Source of the DNA: a virus
DNA: 64,000 bases
Virus record (IMG/VR): IMGVR_UViG_3300042878_001341
Coordinates: 1-64,000 of that record
Reading direction: 5' to 3' (one strand)
Under the pieces are notes generated by a model. It saw only the letters and a list, made by a program, of their open reading frames with translations, did not search any database and was not told where the DNA came from. Positions 61,489 to 64,000 of the stretch are shown here, piece by piece. The stretch's first letter is position 1, and each line of letters starts with the position of its first letter. The translations under genes were made by a program, and so were the position numbers.

Positions 61489-63654
61489 TTAAAGACAAAG
61501 ACCAATATTGGTGATCACAACAAATTTTGATGTGGATGTTGGTAATATTGATGAACATATTTTTAATGATGAATAACCATTAATATTTACTTCCGTTAGA
61601 GTACCGGTACTACATGGACTATATGTAAATGGTTGAGGACTAATATATGAGTTCTCAATTAAATAGGTGTAACAAGTTGGTGTGGGTTTTGTTGGGGTAG
61701 GTGTTGGAGTACTTGTCATTGTTGGTGTGGGAGTCGGAGTATTTACAAAAACACATTGTGAACACACACCTTCTGATTCAGGTCCTAATATATCTGTTAA
61801 AATTATAGTACTAACACCGGCAACATCACTAACAAACCCATCATAGGTTATACAAGTTGAAATTCCATTAACAAATGATTGATACACATAACCTTCAGAT
61901 GGAGTTTCACCAAAAGGATCTAAAACAACGTCTGTTGTATAATAAAAGAATCCTGTATTACATTCCTTAAAACGTTTACTACCATTACATCTAATATAAT
62001 CATCAAATGTGTTGAATACCACCGATCCGTCAAAATTACAATTATATTGTGGTGATGCGGTTGGCGTTGCAATCATTTTAGCATTTGTTGCGGTAGGTGT
62101 TGGTGTTAAAACATTTGCGGTAACGGATATTCCTTTACCACCACAAATTTCGGTTGACGTTGGTGTTGGTGTGGGGGTTGGTGTTGGAGTTCCTGTAACG
62201 GTTGCCGTTGGGGTTATAGGTAACTCACAATCAAACACCACATCAAAAGATATTGGTTGACAATAATCAGTTGGTGTAGGAGTTGGTGTTGGACAAGGAC
62301 CTCCATTAAAGAAATCTTCACATAAATCAGGGCACTCAGTATAACAAGGAGATGGCCCAAATAAAAGACATTCACCATCTAATGCGTCTGACAAACACCA
62401 ACGATTATCAGTTGATGAAAAATAAATAAATAATCCACTTGTTGAACCGTACCAAAATAATTGACTATTCCATGTTCCACCACTTAGATATGTATCATCA
62501 TAAGTAACATCACCTGTGTTAATACAATAGTATTCAAACGGACATGGGATTGGGGGTGGAGTTGGTGTCTGTGTTAGTGTTGGTGTTGGTGTTGGTGTAT
62601 TTGGTACTATTACAATATCTGCACATTCTGGAGCTTGTGACGCTCCAAATATTGTATTTGGTGCGTTTTGTGTAAATGTTAGGGTGTATGGTGATGATAA
62701 TGAAAAATTATATATGGCCCCATTACTATTACAAACATATAAATCACCTGATGTCATAAACATCCCCCAAGGGTTTGCTATTGTGGGACTAACTAATACA
62801 TCCACCTCAATATTTCCTGTTGTGTAGTCATGTTGGGTTATATATCTATTTGCGCCTGATCCATTATATGAACAAATTAATTTATTAGGTGGTGAATAAG
62901 TGTAAACCATATCGCCAGCAATAACTCTTCCTGATGGCATTGGAAATTTGGTGGTAAATACTGCGGTTGAAGTTGTTATATCTATTTCAATTATATTACC
63001 ACCAAGACTACTACTTACTAATGTTGTATTATCAATTACGCCTAAACCATCACCAATCGGAGACGGTAGAGTTATATTTCTACTAAACGATGCGGAAAAC
63101 GGACATAACGTTATGTCGTACTCCTTAAGTATAGTTCCACTATACATCCATAATTTTGTGGTTGTATGGGCAATATCACTAGAATTTAGAGTTGGTGTAA
63201 AATAAGATGTGATATTTCTAGTTGTATTTGTTGAAAATACATATCCATATATTAAGGTACCGGCATTAAAAATAATATCACAAGTGTCCAAACAATATGG
63301 TGATGTAGGTGTTGGTGTACTTGTTAACGTTTGTGTAGGTGTAGGTGTACTTGTTAGAGTTTGTGTAGGTGTTAAAGTTGGTGTTGGAGTTAACGTTTGT
63401 GTGAGTGTCGGTGTCGGTGTCGGTGTTGTACAAGGTGTAATAGTTAGTATTTTGTTGTTAATAAGATAAGTGTTAATACCATTAGAAAAATATAAATTAC
63501 TTACCGACAGTAGAGTTGTGCAAGATGGGTCCGTAAATATTCCTTGACCAAGATTTAAACTATCACCATATACATTAATTGTGAATGGTCCCGAACATAA
63601 CCCTGCCGGACTTGCATTCCCAGCTGTAAAAACTCCTAAAAAATTACACGCCAT
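61489..63654 (-). CDS. Modular Cys-rich protein with beta-propeller-like domain and multiple Pro-Thr linkers (putative virion decoration/fibre)
   Basis: Six PT tracts separate small Cys-rich modules. Blade-like repeats SSDIAH, GDGLGV, AGDMVY and PWGMF..GDLYV. Confidence 0.6.
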   Translation of the reverse strand: MACNFLGVFTAGNASPAGLCSGPFTINVYGDSLNLGQGIFTDPSCTTLLSVSNLYFSNGINTYLINNKILTITPCTTPTPTPTLTQTLTPTPTLTPTQTLTSTPTPTQTLTSTPTPTSPYCLDTCDIIFNAGTLIYGYVFSTNTTRNITSYFTPTLNSSDIAHTTTKLWMYSGTILKEYDITLCPFSASFSRNITLPSPIGDGLGVIDNTTLVSSSLGGNIIEIDITTSTAVFTTKFPMPSGRVIAGDMVYTYSPPNKLICSYNGSGANRYITQHDYTTGNIEVDVLVSPTIANPWGMFMTSGDLYVCNSNGAIYNFSLSSPYTLTFTQNAPNTIFGASQAPECADIVIVPNTPTPTPTLTQTPTPPPIPCPFEYYCINTGDVTYDDTYLSGGTWNSQLFWYGSTSGLFIYFSSTDNRWCLSDALDGECLLFGPSPCYTECPDLCEDFFNGGPCPTPTPTPTDYCQPISFDVVFDCELPITPTATVTGTPTPTPTPTPTSTEICGGKGISVTANVLTPTPTATNAKMIATPTASPQYNCNFDGSVVFNTFDDYIRCNGSKRFKECNTGFFYYTTDVVLDPFGETPSEGYVYQSFVNGISTCITYDGFVSDVAGVSTIILTDILGPESEGVCSQCVFVNTPTPTPTMTSTPTPTPTKPTPTCYTYLIENSYISPQPFTYSPCSTGTLTEVNINGYSSLKICSSILPTSTSKFVVITNIGLCL

Positions 63655-63875
63655 TATATATTAATATTTTCTGTTATCACACAATCATTATCATCAATCA
63701 CTTTAACCACAAAATCTGTAAATGAGGAAAAAATTGATGGAATCATAAAAGAATATGGTAAATCACCACTATTAATAGTTGACACATAAACACAAGTTGT
63801 GTATCCTGTGTCACACACGTAAACATCATAAGGTGATATTCCGGTAATAGAAGTGATTGTAATGTTTGTATCCAT
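63654..63875 (-). CDS. Small beta-rich hypothetical protein
   Basis: 73 aa. TAATG overlap with the downstream gene. TATTTAT (- strand) at 63894-63900. Confidence 0.6.
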   Translation of the reverse strand: MDTNITITSITGISPYDVYVCDTGYTTCVYVSTINSGDLPYSFMIPSIFSSFTDFVVKVIDDNDCVITENINI

Positions 63876-63925
63876 ATATTTTTATTCTATTGTATAAATA
63901 TAGTAGGAATGAAAAACTTGTGTAG

Positions 63926-63954
63926 TTGATTAAACGAAATAATTTATCTATACT
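63926..63954 (+). promoter_or_regulatory. Sigma70-like promoter
   Basis: TTGATT (63926-63931), 17-nt spacer, TATACT (63949-63954). ATG follows 7 nt later. Confidence 0.6.
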
Positions 63955-63961
63955 TTAAAGG

Positions 63962-64000
63962 ATGGAAGAAAATGACGCGATTGTAGAATTATTAGAGGAT
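63962..64000 (+). CDS. 5' end of a gene cut by the window edge (MEENDAIVELLED...), function not determinable here
   Basis: ATG directly after a sigma70-like promoter. Only 13 codons are visible. Confidence 0.4.
   Translation, partial: MEENDAIVELLED

Noticed and set aside
3518-63469. Numerous short ORF-track entries overlapping long genes (e.g. 3518-3820, 13057-13314, 26709-26978, 53746-54039, 62009-62260, 63209-63469)
   Set aside because: They are antisense or off-frame shadows of well-supported genes or of low-complexity repeats, with no motifs or expression signals of their own.
1-64000. Stop-codon reassignment as seen in some large phages
   Set aside because: Conserved genes are full length under the standard code, and TAA, TAG and TGA all end genes (e.g. 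TAG at 14143 and 35965, TGA at 4560 and 38367).

Overview
AT-rich, gene-dense 64 kb segment of a large (jumbo-type) T4-related myophage read with the standard code. It holds the neck, tail and baseplate module: gp13/gp14/gp15-like neck proteins, sheath, tube, chaperone pair, tape measure, hub, gp53/gp25/gp6-like wedge proteins and fibre/adhesin-like proteins. This module is interleaved with replication genes (gp32-like SSB, UvsX/RecA, 5'-3' exonuclease, DnaB-like helicase, class Ia nrdB/nrdA, RuvC-like resolvase, SNF2-type helicase) and a metallopeptidase-SOD fusion. I saw no rRNA, tRNA, CRISPR array, intein or transposon. The strongest candidate for an undescribed system is virion-protein O-glycosylation. 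A glycosyltransferase (55877-56851) whose motifs follow the plant peptidyl-serine galactosyltransferase / hydroxyproline arabinosyltransferase type (GT96/GT95) sits among structural genes. Those genes encode mucin/extensin-like Thr-Pro tracts and a strongly over-represented [S/T]-[G/A]-x-[S/T] motif that is absent from the NrdA control. Other highlights are a likely +1 frameshift at UUU_CGG in the tail chaperone, a TATTTAT putative late promoter (the reverse complement of the T4 late-promoter core), an OmpA-like domain inserted in a baseplate protein, and a membrane-spanning segment in a baseplate-region protein. All family assignments come from motif recognition by eye and from recall; no searches were run.
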